Of a stretch of 64,000 nucleotides of DNA, positions 27,701-36,730 are shown in pieces. The translations under genes and the position numbers were made by a program. The notes under the pieces were generated by a model that was given only the letters and a program-made list of their open reading frames with translations, was not told where the DNA came from and did not search any database. The DNA is taken from contig CAKPOI010000001.1 of NCBI GenBank assembly GCA_934169775.1, positions 16,558 through 80,557 on the forward strand, given 5' to 3'. Within the stretch, counting starts at the first letter, position 1; every line of letters begins with the position of its first letter. Source of the DNA: an uncultured Clostridia bacterium (lineage in GTDB: Bacteria; Bacillota; Clostridia; TANB77; CAG-508).

Positions 27701-30700
27701 CTTTGTGCCTCTATTTGTGCTTTTGATATTTCAAATGCTTTTGCTACATTTTCTTTATTCTGATATTTTTTAATATTTTCTAATGCAATTTCTTTGCTTT
27801 CTCCTACTGATATTACTAGGTCTAACTCTACTTTTTCTTGTGGTTTTATTTTTATTGTTCTTTTTAATGCAATTATTCCTTCTGTTACTAGTGATATTTT
27901 TTGTGATAGTGGCGTTGAATTTTTTACCATTTCTGGAATTTGTATATTTCCTCTTCCTGTAAATTTTTCTTTGTCTATTTCAAATTCTAGTTGCCCTATT
28001 GTTTCTATTTCTGGTGCAACTAAATTTACTGCTAAATATATCTTTTGCTCGCTTTTTTCTCTTGTTCTTCTTTTTACTAATATACTATTTGTGTTTTCAT
28101 CATAATTGAATTTTAGGAATAAATTGTTGAATACCGGATGTGCATAATCTTGTTCTTTTTTTGAAAGCACTGGTTCAAAATATGCAGTTATTTCTAATAT
28201 TTCTTCTTCTAGCCCCCTGTTTTCTAATGTTACTTTTCTAATTTCAGAATTATCATCAGGAGTGATTATTGTTTGTATTTTTGTCTTTATGTTATCTTGC
28301 TCTATTTCTTGTTCTATTTTGTCTGGCATAAAACTTATTTTGTAATTGTTTGTTTCTTTGTATTGGCATGAACTCCATATATTTTTTGTTTTTATATTTT
28401 TTACGTTAAAAAATATTCCTTGTGGATAATCGTCTGTTTTCTTGAATCTGTTTATATATATATCTTTATATTTGCTTACTCCTTCTCCTTTTTGATTCAT
28501 TGCTATTACATAATTTTCGTTTGATATAACATTTCCACGTATTAGTCTTTCATCTAATTTATTGTATGTTACAACACTATAGTCTTCATAATCTTGATAT
28601 TTAGGCTTTTCTATTTTTTCTTTTGTTTCTTTGGTTATTATTGAGGTTTCTGGCATTCTTTCTTGTAAAAGTATAGATATACTATTTATTTCTGGATTTT
28701 CTATAAACCTTTTTTGTAAGATATTATTGTTAAATAAGTTGTTTATTGCTAATAATATTAATGCTTGATGGTGTGCCATATATGTTTTTACTGGTGTTGC
28801 TTTTTCTACTCTTTCTGGTGTAAAGTCTATAGATTCATAAAATCCAAATTTGCCATTCATTCCATATTTTTCTAATAATTTTAGGTTTTTTATAACTTCT
28901 TGTGGTTCGTCTGGAATTGCTAATATACTTCCATATGTTGATGTTACCATTTCATCTGCTAATCCTCTTTTTAGTCCTAGCCATGGTATTCCAAATGCTT
29001 TATATTGATAGTTTCCTTGTAAATCTTTTAAATTAAATGCCGCTTCTGATATTCCCCATGGTATTTGTAATTTTTTTGCATATTCTTTTTGACTCATTAT
29101 CATAAATTTACATGATTCATCTAATAAACTGCCTTCGTATTTTGGTATATTAATATTTGGCATTAAATATTCAAATGATGTTCCTGACCATGATATTAGT
29201 CCTTTATATTTTCCTAATGTTGTAAGTGTTCTGCTTAATTTGTTCCAATGTTTTGCAGGCACATCTTTTTTTGCAATAGCTATTAAACTTGCTTGTCTAG
29301 CTTCTGATGCTAATAAATCATAATATGAATCAGTTAGTTTGTTTTCTTCTATGTTATATCCTATAGAAAAAATCTGCTTTTCTTTGTCATATAATAATGA
29401 AAAGTCTGTTGCGTTTATCATTTTATTTATACATTCTATATATGTGTTTAATTCTGGCAAATTTAGATTTTCTAAAAATGTTTTTGTCGTATATAAATAT
29501 CCTACAAAGTTTCCACTGTCTACTGTTGAGATATATCTTGGCATTAATGGTGTTTTAGTTATTGTGTCATACCAGTTATATAAATGTCCATTCCATTTTT
29601 CTAGACTTATTATTGTATCTAATATCTTTTTTAATAAATCTATTGCTTTTTCTAAAGTTATAAATCCTAAATCATAGCTTGATATTACTGCTAATAGTGA
29701 AAGTCCTATGTTTGTAGAAGATGTTCTTGATACTGTTTTTTGTTTTCTTCCTTCTTGATAATTGTCTATTATTAAATAATTGTTTTTTTCATTTAGATAT
29801 GTTACAAAAAATTCCCATGTTGATTTTGCAATATTTAATAAATATTTTTTATTTTCTTCATTTAATGTTTCTATTGCTGTTTTCTTTTTGCTTTCTTTAC
29901 TTATTTCACACATTATAAATGGAATTAATATCCACAAGATTCCTAGCAAAACACTACATATGTTTTTAATATTTAGTATTATAACAATTGCTCCTAAGAT
30001 CCAATTTATATACATTTGTTTATAATAAGAAATTATATCTGTTTTTGATTGTCTTTCTGCCTCTTCTGAGGTTACCCATTCTAATAAATGTTTTTTACTT
30101 ATTGTTTTTCTGTATATTGTTTTTATTATTGATTTTAATGAGATATATGCTTTATATGGCAAACATCCTAATGTTATTATCGCCCTAAAAGTTATACCTT
30201 TGATTCCTGATATTTGTGGTGTAAATGTTCTTTGTTTTTGCTCTCCTTCTTTTTTACAAATACATTTATTTAATAATTCTAATATTTGTGAAATTATCAC
30301 TATGAGTGATAATAATATTATTAATCCTTTTACTGATATTTGATAAATATTTCCTATTATTATTGTATAAATTGCTGCAATTATTATTGATATTTCTAAT
30401 ATACTTCTTCTTAAATTATCTAATATTTTATATTTTGAAAGTAAATTTAATTTTGAGTTTTTTAACCATTTGGTTATTTGCCAATCTCCTCTAATCCATC
30501 TTGATAATCTGTTCATAAAACTATTATATTTTGTTGGATATCCATCCATTAACATTATATCTGATGCTAGTCCACATCTTAAATAACATCCTTCTAATAA
30601 ATCATGACTTAATACAGTGTTTTCTGGTATTTCGTTTTTTAAAACTTCTGAAAACACTTTTAAATCATATATTCCTTTTCCTGTAAATATTCCTTCTTTA

Positions 30701-32028
30701 AAGTTATCTTGATATATATCAGATATTGCATTTGTGTAATTGTCTATTCCTCCTGATCCTGCAAATATTTTTGTAAAAGTTGTTTTTAGACTTACATCTA
30801 GGTTTATTCCAACACGTGGCTGCATTATTCCATATCCTTCTACTACTATATTTTTTTGTTTATCTATTATTGGTTCATTTAATATATGTGACATTGCTCC
30901 TATTAATTCTTGCGCTGTATTTAATACTAAATCTGTGTCTGCATCTAGTGTTATTATATATTTTATTTGTGGGATTTTTTCTATACTGTTATATAAAAAT
31001 GGATTGTTTATATTTTTTAGTAAGTATTCATTTAACTGATTTAACATTCCTCTTTTTCTTTCCCATCCCAAGTAGCTTTCTTCTTTTTCATTCCATATTC
31101 TTTTTCTATAAATAAAATTGAAAATTGGTAATTCATCTTCTTGACTGTATTTTTTGTTTAATTTTTCTATTTGCTTTTTTCCTTCTTCTATTACTTCTTT
31201 GTCAAATTCTTCTTCTTCTTTATTACTTTCTGAACAATCTCCTAATAATGTAAAATATAAATTTTCTGATTTATTTGCTATATAATATATTTCTAATTTT
31301 TTCATTAGTTCTTTTACTTTTTCTTTTGTTTTTACTATTGTTGGTATTACTACCATTGTTGCTTGTTCTTTTGGTATTCCATTTTGGTAATCCATTTTTG
31401 GTATTAGTTTTGGTTTTATAGTTTTGCTTAATATATATTGCACTATTTGTGTTACTATTTCGCTACATGGTATTATTAATAGTATTGCTAATATTACATT
31501 TAGAATCGTTCTTGTTATTGTTGATATTTCTGAATTTGTTTTTAATATTTTATAATTAATTACTAATGTTATTGATACTGAAAGTAATACTGTAAGTATA
31601 ACTATTAGTGTTACAAATTGTTTTGCTTTTGTTTTAGTATTTGTGGTCTTTTTGTGTCTGACTTTTAGGTTATCATATAGTTGTTCTATTCCTTTATCTA
31701 TTAAATAGTATCCAATATGTGATTTTTTTCCTTCTTCTTTTTTGGCTATTTCTAATATTTTTCTTGCTATATATATTTCTGATATTTTGGTTTTTTCTGA
31801 TATTTCTTTTATTTTGTTTCTGTAGTATTCCTTTGTTTTCCAATCCATGTTTGGATATACATTACTTGGATCTTGCTTTAGTACATCTTCTACTCCATTT
31901 ATTTTTTCAAATATTTCTAAAAAGTTTATTCTTTGTATTGTTTTTAGACTTGTTATGCTATTTCCCATTAGTACTTTTTGTATTGCTACATCAAAGTGTT
32001 CTTTTTGTATTACTTCTGATACTGTCAT
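24706..32028 (-). CDS. Cyclic beta-1,2-glucan synthase-like giant protein (Cgs/NdvB-like: polytopic membrane region, GT domain, GH94 phosphorylase domain). This is the C-terminal 2440 aa; it is continuous with 31991..32800 after a single-base correction.
   Basis: GT motifs (ITLDADTDL, MQPRVG, RLSRWIRGDWQ). C-terminal GH94 domain (ENGGQYTHASCW). Size and architecture match Cgs. Confidence 0.7.
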   Translation of the reverse strand: MTVSEVIQKEHFDVAIQKVLMGNSITSLKTIQRINFLEIFEKINGVEDVLKQDPSNVYPNMDWKTKEYYRNKIKEISEKTKISEIYIARKILEIAKKEEGKKSHIGYYLIDKGIEQLYDNLKVRHKKTTNTKTKAKQFVTLIVILTVLLSVSITLVINYKILKTNSEISTITRTILNVILAILLIIPCSEIVTQIVQYILSKTIKPKLIPKMDYQNGIPKEQATMVVIPTIVKTKEKVKELMKKLEIYYIANKSENLYFTLLGDCSESNKEEEEFDKEVIEEGKKQIEKLNKKYSQEDELPIFNFIYRKRIWNEKEESYLGWERKRGMLNQLNEYLLKNINNPFLYNSIEKIPQIKYIITLDADTDLVLNTAQELIGAMSHILNEPIIDKQKNIVVEGYGIMQPRVGINLDVSLKTTFTKIFAGSGGIDNYTNAISDIYQDNFKEGIFTGKGIYDLKVFSEVLKNEIPENTVLSHDLLEGCYLRCGLASDIMLMDGYPTKYNSFMNRLSRWIRGDWQITKWLKNSKLNLLSKYKILDNLRRSILEISIIIAAIYTIIIGNIYQISVKGLIILLSLIVIISQILELLNKCICKKEGEQKQRTFTPQISGIKGITFRAIITLGCLPYKAYISLKSIIKTIYRKTISKKHLLEWVTSEEAERQSKTDIISYYKQMYINWILGAIVIILNIKNICSVLLGILWILIPFIMCEISKESKKKTAIETLNEENKKYLLNIAKSTWEFFVTYLNEKNNYLIIDNYQEGRKQKTVSRTSSTNIGLSLLAVISSYDLGFITLEKAIDLLKKILDTIISLEKWNGHLYNWYDTITKTPLMPRYISTVDSGNFVGYLYTTKTFLENLNLPELNTYIECINKMINATDFSLLYDKEKQIFSIGYNIEENKLTDSYYDLLASEARQASLIAIAKKDVPAKHWNKLSRTLTTLGKYKGLISWSGTSFEYLMPNINIPKYEGSLLDESCKFMIMSQKEYAKKLQIPWGISEAAFNLKDLQGNYQYKAFGIPWLGLKRGLADEMVTSTYGSILAIPDEPQEVIKNLKLLEKYGMNGKFGFYESIDFTPERVEKATPVKTYMAHHQALILLAINNLFNNNILQKRFIENPEINSISILLQERMPETSIITKETKEKIEKPKYQDYEDYSVVTYNKLDERLIRGNVISNENYVIAMNQKGEGVSKYKDIYINRFKKTDDYPQGIFFNVKNIKTKNIWSSCQYKETNNYKISFMPDKIEQEIEQDNIKTKIQTIITPDDNSEIRKVTLENRGLEEEILEITAYFEPVLSKKEQDYAHPVFNNLFLKFNYDENTNSILVKRRTREKSEQKIYLAVNLVAPEIETIGQLEFEIDKEKFTGRGNIQIPEMVKNSTPLSQKISLVTEGIIALKRTIKIKPQEKVELDLVISVGESKEIALENIKKYQNKENVAKAFEISKAQIEAQSRYLRIKGKDIEQYQKILSYIIFDNPSKKLQLEKLPKKIYEQSELWKYGISGDLPIILVKVKDLNDSDVIKEILKAYEFFRIKKVEVELVLIDEEKHSYENYVREEMENIVLNSHLAYLKNIRGGIFQLNKNEIDKKDMELLEFVATVIIDSSKGSLKNAINDIEEEYFEKTKIIEDEENSNVIIEEKQEVNNFMKEIDDLKYFNEYGAFSSNGKEYLIKMNKENRLPTVWSHILANKKFGTLVTENMGGYTWYKNSRLNRITSWANMPTYDIPSESIYLKDEETKKVWSLGLNPMPDNNEYDVIYGFGYAKYIHKSNGIEQILEVYVPKEDSVKVQILHLKNTTPNRKKLKIYCYNKLVIGEDEQKITEYIDLKYDKNNNILIAQNLYNSDFKEVAYVASSEKIKSYTGDKKFFFGKGGIGNPDGIRKTMLNNIGSLGKSSCVVYQLEVEIESFGEKEISLLLGAEENILDSKNIAYKYSKIQNCKQELENIKNEWKNKVETLQVYTPIESINIMLNGWVLYQTISSRLLGKTGYYQSGGAYGFRDQLQDTLCLKYVDSEYLKQQIIKHSKHQFEEGDVEHWWHDETQRGIRTRFSDDLLWLVYATLEYIDFTGDNEILNIETPYLKGQILEQGIDERYDKYIESDKTGTIYEHCIKSIEKSLNFGKHGLPKIGSGDWNDGMNEVGNKGKGESVWLGFFLYNILDRFIPIVKQKEEFERAEKYEKIKQELKKALNTSGWDGRWYKRAFTDDGQVLGSMENEECRIDSIAQSWSTISKAGDNDKKYISMESLENHLVDKENGIIKLLDPPFEKGKLEPGYIKAYLPGVRENGGQYTHASCWVTIAEAMLGFGGKAFELYKMINPIEHARTKEMAQKYKVEPYVIPADIYGAGNLAGRGGWTWYTGSSCWYYKAGIEYILGIKIEKGVLKINPGIPKDWKAFSVRYKWKNTLYNILVENPNGYETGISKIFINNIEQTSNEIKLQENAGVMNVEVFLGG

Positions 32029-32800
32029 TCCGTGTTTTTTCTACTATTTCTTCTAATGCTTTTAAATATCTTGTTCCTTTTTTTCCATATCTTTTTAGTG
32101 TGTATGACATGTATTCTATAAATGGATATCTCATATCTTTTAACATTGTTTTGTTGAAATTGTGTGTGTTTTCTTTATATTCTTTGTATATTTGTTCTTG
32201 TCTTGTTTTTCCTTCTACTATTCTTTCTGTTATGCTTTCTACTTTGTATTTTTGTGCTTGATTACTTGCTATTTTTTCACTTATTTGTGAGATGTTATGA
32301 ATTATTGCTATTTGTATAAATGTTCCTATATTCCATATTTCATCCATACTTAGTGTTTTTTTGTTTTGATAACTTTGTAAATATTCTTCTAAATTTTCTT
32401 TTTCTATTTTGTTTTCTGTATATGCTACAATTTCACTTGCTAATACATATATTCTTGCATATCCTGCATATTCTCCATTTGCTATTCCTACAAAGTTTGT
32501 ATATTTTTTTAGTGTTAATTCTTTTTGGATTTGTTTTACTGTTTCTTCTATTATATAAAAATTGTCTAATAACCATTCTCCTGCAGGATGTATGTTTATT
32601 TTTATTCCTACATGTTGGTTTAACATTTGGTATACTTCTTTTATTTTTTCATAGTCTTTTATTAGTTCTGGTACTGGATATGTGTCTTTTTGACTTTTAT
32701 TTGTTATATTATGGCTTGATGCTATTTTTTCTAAGTGTTTTTTTAGTTGTTCTTTTTCTAGCATCGTTCCATTAATTTGTAATTTTTTATTTTCTTTCAA
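31991..32800 (-). CDS. N-terminal 269-aa part of the same Cgs-like gene, separated by a frameshift at about 32029-32040 (T6 run / CGGA context).
   Basis: GEWLLDNFY motif typical of the Cgs N-terminus. Deleting one base in the A6 run or the C of ACGGA yields ...LEEIVEKHG/TGMTVSEVIQ... as one continuous ORF. Confidence 0.65.
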   Translation of the reverse strand: MKENKKLQINGTMLEKEQLKKHLEKIASSHNITNKSQKDTYPVPELIKDYEKIKEVYQMLNQHVGIKINIHPAGEWLLDNFYIIEETVKQIQKELTLKKYTNFVGIANGEYAGYARIYVLASEIVAYTENKIEKENLEEYLQSYQNKKTLSMDEIWNIGTFIQIAIIHNISQISEKIASNQAQKYKVESITERIVEGKTRQEQIYKEYKENTHNFNKTMLKDMRYPFIEYMSYTLKRYGKKGTRYLKALEEIVEKTRNDSIRSNTKRTL

Positions 32801-32929
32801 AAAAATTCCACTCCTTGCACATATGTTCTTTTATACATATTGTTTGCAAAAAGTGGATTTTTATACTATTTATATACTTTTTACTTTATTTTATTTTTTA
32901 AATTTGATTTCTTTATTTTTGCATTTTTT

Positions 32930-33751
32930 CTAAGATAATTCCATTTCTGTGTCTTGTTCTGTTTTTGCACTTAGTTCTTGTACTCTTTTTTCATATGCTT
33001 TTTCTAATGCTTGATAATTTTCTGGGCTTCCTTTTAATTTTACATAATAGTCTGATTCTGTGTATGGATTTTCATATTCGCTTTGCAATATCATTTGTTG
33101 TATTTCTACTGGTACATAGTCTCCATCTATTATTCCCATTCCTGCTATTGTTGTGTGATTTTCTTTGTCTAGTATTGCTATTACTTCTTTTATGTCTTTG
33201 GCTTCTACCCAATCTAATTTTGAGTTGTCTTGTTCTGCACTTCCTGTATGGTTTTGTATATATTTTGTTTGTCCTTCTTCATCTGTTTCTCTATATATGT
33301 TTCCGTCTCCTAAATTTTCTTTTACTATTCCTATATCTTCTTTGCTTATTTCTTCCATTCCTTCTGGTAATTTTTCATTGTATCTTTGTAGTATTTTTTC
33401 TATTACTTCTTGTTTTTCAGTGTCTTCTGTATTTTTATTTGCATTTTGTTGCCCTACTACTTTTATGTCTTCAAAGAATTTTTCTTTTGCTGTTTTTTGT
33501 TCTCTACAATATTCATTTTTATATGCTTCAGATTCTTTTATTATCCTTTCTCCTGCTATATCCATTTGTTTTGTTGTTCTGTTTCCCCAAGCTACTATTC
33601 CTGCTGTTGCTGCTATTGCTGCTAATGATATTTTTCCTACTGTTTTTATCTGTTTTCTTCTCATTTTTTTTTGTTTCTGTGCTGCTCTTTGCATTGTTGC
33701 TTTTTGTCCTTTTAATTTAAATTCTGTTTCTTGATTATTTGCTTTTTCCAT
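32930..33751 (-). CDS. Hypothetical membrane-anchored acidic protein immediately upstream of the Cgs-like gene and on the same strand.
   Basis: N-terminal basic region plus a TM segment (ISLAAIAATAGIVAW). No known motif. Confidence 0.4.
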   Translation of the reverse strand: MEKANNQETEFKLKGQKATMQRAAQKQKKMRRKQIKTVGKISLAAIAATAGIVAWGNRTTKQMDIAGERIIKESEAYKNEYCREQKTAKEKFFEDIKVVGQQNANKNTEDTEKQEVIEKILQRYNEKLPEGMEEISKEDIGIVKENLGDGNIYRETDEEGQTKYIQNHTGSAEQDNSKLDWVEAKDIKEVIAILDKENHTTIAGMGIIDGDYVPVEIQQMILQSEYENPYTESDYYVKLKGSPENYQALEKAYEKRVQELSAKTEQDTEMELS

Positions 33752-33902
33752 AACAATTCCTCCTTTGACTTTTCAATACATCTTTATTATAACACTTTTT
33801 TGCATAAATTACAAATTTTTCATTTTACAACTTTTTTTAACATTTTTCTTCTTTTTTTCATACTATATATTAAATAAACTTTTGTTTATTTAGGAAAGGT
33901 AT

Positions 33903-34367
33903 GTGATTAAAATGGATATGGATTCAAATAAACCTCATTGCCCTATTTTAGATGTTGATGGCGTTATATCAGGAGGTAAACAATTTGATTTAGATATAAT
34001 TTTACAAGAAGATAATCGTGATGTTATATATGGTGTTGTTAAAAATTGTTTTAAAGAACCTGTTTCTAATGCCGTTGTAAAATTAGTTGAAGTTGTATAT
34101 GACTGTGGTAAAGAAGATAGAAGACCTATTGGCCATACTTTTACAGATAAAGATGGTGAATTTGTTTTTGGACCTCTTTGCCCTGGTAGAAAATATGCTA
34201 TTCAAATTTGGGCTAATGATACTAAAAAAATCAAGATTTGTGCAAAATGTTTCCATGAAGGAAAATGTTTAAAAGGTGAAAAACACGATAAATGTGATTG
34301 TTTTTTAAATGATGATAAACATGAAAAATGTGATAAAGACGAAAGATGTTGTGAAGATAAACAATAA
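33903..34367 (+). CDS. Hypothetical small protein with a carboxypeptidase-regulatory/transthyretin-like beta-sandwich motif and a Cys/His/Lys-rich tail.
   Basis: VVKLVEV...TFTDKDGEFVFGPLCPGRKYAIQI, followed by CxKC...KCDC...KCDKDERCC. Confidence 0.3.
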   Translation: MIKMDMDSNKPHCPILDVDGVISGGKQFDLDIILQEDNRDVIYGVVKNCFKEPVSNAVVKLVEVVYDCGKEDRRPIGHTFTDKDGEFVFGPLCPGRKYAIQIWANDTKKIKICAKCFHEGKCLKGEKHDKCDCFLNDDKHEKCDKDERCCEDKQ

Positions 34368-34380
34368 TAATTAATGATTT

Positions 34381-34583
34381 GAGGAGAGATACTTTGTACA
34401 TTGAGAAATATATTTTTTTGTGATTGAAGCAATATTAGAAATTCTTAAATAATTTAATGGAAAGAGTTCACGTCGAGCGAAGCGAGGACTAAGTGGAAGG
34501 GTGCCATTAAATTATTTTAAAATTTCTTAAATTGCGTAATGAACCTAAAAATATATTTCTCAATGTACAAAGTATCTCTCCTC
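34381..34583. repeat. 203-bp element with perfect 35-bp terminal inverted repeats (GAGGAGAGATACTTTGTACATTGAGAAATATATTT) and a GC-rich central core shared with the 42.6 kb element.
   Basis: Left end 34381-34415 is the exact reverse complement of 34549-34583. Core is GGAAAGAGTTCACGTCGAGCGAAGCGAGGACTAAGTGGAAGG. Confidence 0.6.
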
Positions 34584-34765
34584 ATTTTATAATATATATT
34601 GAATTACCAATTGCTTAAAGTTCTCATTACTTTTTTTCCTTTTTTCATTATTCTTTTCTTATTTTTGTTTAACATATCACTTTCTGAATACATCATTAGA
34701 ACTCCTGTTGCAAGTAGACCTCCTATTACTAATCCTTTAGCAAATTTCATATTATCACTCCTTTT

Positions 34766-35158
34766 TTATATTTTACTTTTATTTTTGTCAATTTTTTCTT
34801 TTTTATACTGTTTAATTATGGAATATATTTCATGGGCACTAATTATTAATAAAAATATTCCAAAATATTTTCTTAAAATTTTCATATCTAAATGTATTGA
34901 TAAATTTGCGCCTATTATTGCTCCTAATATGCCATATAGTGATATTATTATTCCTAGTTTTACATTTATATTTTTATTTTTTGCATTTACTATTATTGCT
35001 ATTATTGAAGTTGGTATAAAAAATATTAAATTTGTTGCTTGTGCTATGTGTTGTTCTACATTGCATAAAAATGTCAAAAGGAAAATGAGAATAGTGCCTC
35101 CTCCCATTCCTGTTCCACTTACTATTCCTGAAATGATTCCTATTATTGTTTTAATCAT
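34766..35158 (-). CDS. TSUP (TauE/SafE, DUF81) family permease, half-size (4-TM repeat unit).
   Basis: SGTGMGGGTILIFLL motif. 130 aa. Confidence 0.55.
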   Translation of the reverse strand: MIKTIIGIISGIVSGTGMGGGTILIFLLTFLCNVEQHIAQATNLIFFIPTSIIAIIVNAKNKNINVKLGIIISLYGILGAIIGANLSIHLDMKILRKYFGIFLLIISAHEIYSIIKQYKKEKIDKNKSKI

Positions 35159-35181
35159 TTTCCTTTCTCCTTTTCTTGTTT

Positions 35182-35367
35182 CTAGTTTTTTTGTTGTTCT
35201 GCGATTTCTGTAATTACTTTATCAAATCTATTTAGCTGATAAATTAACTCTTTACGTAGATTTTCTTCTTTTACATTATCTATTAAATCTAGAAACTTTT
35301 GCAACTCAAATAGATATTTTTTGTTTGCAGTTTTCCATATGTGCTGATTTATAGCCTCTTTCATCAT
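35182..35367 (-). CDS. Hypothetical small protein (61 aa) between the two half-TSUP genes.
   Basis: ORF only. Confidence 0.25.
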   Translation of the reverse strand: MMKEAINQHIWKTANKKYLFELQKFLDLIDNVKEENLRKELIYQLNRFDKVITEIAEQQKN

Positions 35368-35570
35368 TTTTCCTTCCTTTCTAAAGGCACAAATCAGGTC
35401 AAAAAAAAATCAACAGTTGATTTTTTTACCCCTTATTCTCCTTCAATCTATTTGGCATCTTATATTATGACATATTTTTAGCTTTTTTTCTCTTTTTCTT
35501 TATGAAAATGTCTTTTTAATTTACAAATCTATTTTTTATATTGTTTATAACCTTAATTGCTCTTTTTGTG

Positions 35571-35927
35571 TTATTTAAATATCATATTATATGCAGCATA
35601 AATAAGGAATATTGTAAATACAATTTTCATCTTTTCTTCTGGTATTTTTCTTAGTATTTTTGCTCCTATATATCCTCCTATTGTTCCTCCTATTGCACAT
35701 AATGCTGCTGTTTTCCATTCTATATAATTGCCTTTATAATAAAAGAAACTACTTGTTATTACCATTGGTAATATGCAAAGTATTGATGTTCCTCTTGCTT
35801 TTTTTGATTCTTCTTTTAGAAGATATATAAATGCTGGTACTAGTATTAGTCCACCACCTGTTGAAAATAATCCACTTATAAATCCTGCTAAAAAACCTAT
35901 TATTATTTTTTTTATAAAATCCTTCAT
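35571..35927 (-). CDS. TSUP (TauE/SafE, DUF81) family permease, half-size.
   Basis: FSTGGGLILVPAF motif. 118 aa. Confidence 0.55.
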   Translation of the reverse strand: MKDFIKKIIIGFLAGFISGLFSTGGGLILVPAFIYLLKEESKKARGTSILCILPMVITSSFFYYKGNYIEWKTAALCAIGGTIGGYIGAKILRKIPEEKMKIVFTIFLIYAAYNMIFK

Positions 35928-35991
35928 TAAAAAACCTACTTTTATTAGTAGGTTTACCTCTTTTTATAAATTTATGCATTTTTCTTCAAAA

Positions 35992-36711
35992 TTATTTTTT
36001 CTTGTTTTGTATTTGTTCTGCTTTTTGTGGATTTATTTTTAATGTGTCATTTTCTCCTGGGATATAATATCTTGTATTTTTTATTTCTTCTGGTAAATAT
36101 TGTTGTTTTACATAGTTTCCTGGATAATCATGTGGATACAAATATCCTTGATTGTATCCTAGTGCTTCCATATTTTTTACTGGTGCATTTCTTATATGCA
36201 TTGGTACTTCCCCAGTTTCTTTGTTTTTTACATCTTCAAGTGCTTGATTTATTCCCATATATGTTGAATTTGATTTTGGCGAATTTGCTACATATACTGC
36301 CGCTTCTGCCAATATTATTCTTGCTTCTGGCATTCCTACCATATGTACTGCTTGCATTGCACTATTTGCTATTACCAATGCTTCTGGATTTGCTAGTCCT
36401 ACATCTTCAGATGCACTTATAACTATTCTTCTCGCTAAAAACATTGGATCTTCTCCTCCTTTAATTGCTCTAGCTAAATAAAATAATGCTGCATCTGCAT
36501 CTGAGCCTCTCATGGATTTTATAAATGCACTTATATTGTCATAGTGTGAATCTCCATTTTTATCAAATACTGCTTTTCTTTCTTGTATACTATTTTTTAT
36601 AACCTCATCAGTAATGTGAATATATCCGTCTGAGTCCATCTTTGTAGTTAATACTGCTACCTCTAATCCATTTAATGCAGTACGGACATCTCCATTACTT
36701 ATTGAGGCCAA
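35992..36711 (-). CDS. rarA: RarA/MgsA replication-associated recombination protein, C-terminal part. Frameshifted relative to 36731..37282.
   Basis: GDVRTALNGLE and MgsA C-terminal motifs. The ORF track used a TTG start; translation is continuous with the upstream part if one base is removed near 36751-36757. Confidence 0.7.
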   Translation of the reverse strand: MASISNGDVRTALNGLEVAVLTTKMDSDGYIHITDEVIKNSIQERKAVFDKNGDSHYDNISAFIKSMRGSDADAALFYLARAIKGGEDPMFLARRIVISASEDVGLANPEALVIANSAMQAVHMVGMPEARIILAEAAVYVANSPKSNSTYMGINQALEDVKNKETGEVPMHIRNAPVKNMEALGYNQGYLYPHDYPGNYVKQQYLPEEIKNTRYYIPGENDTLKINPQKAEQIQNKKK

Positions 36712-36730
36712 TTTTTTTAATGTTTCTTCC

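Noticed and set aside
35401-35427. A9-TCAACAGTTGA-T7 as a bidirectional terminator between the half-TSUP genes.
   Set aside because: The stem is only 5 bp. It is too weak to call confidently, though it may contribute.
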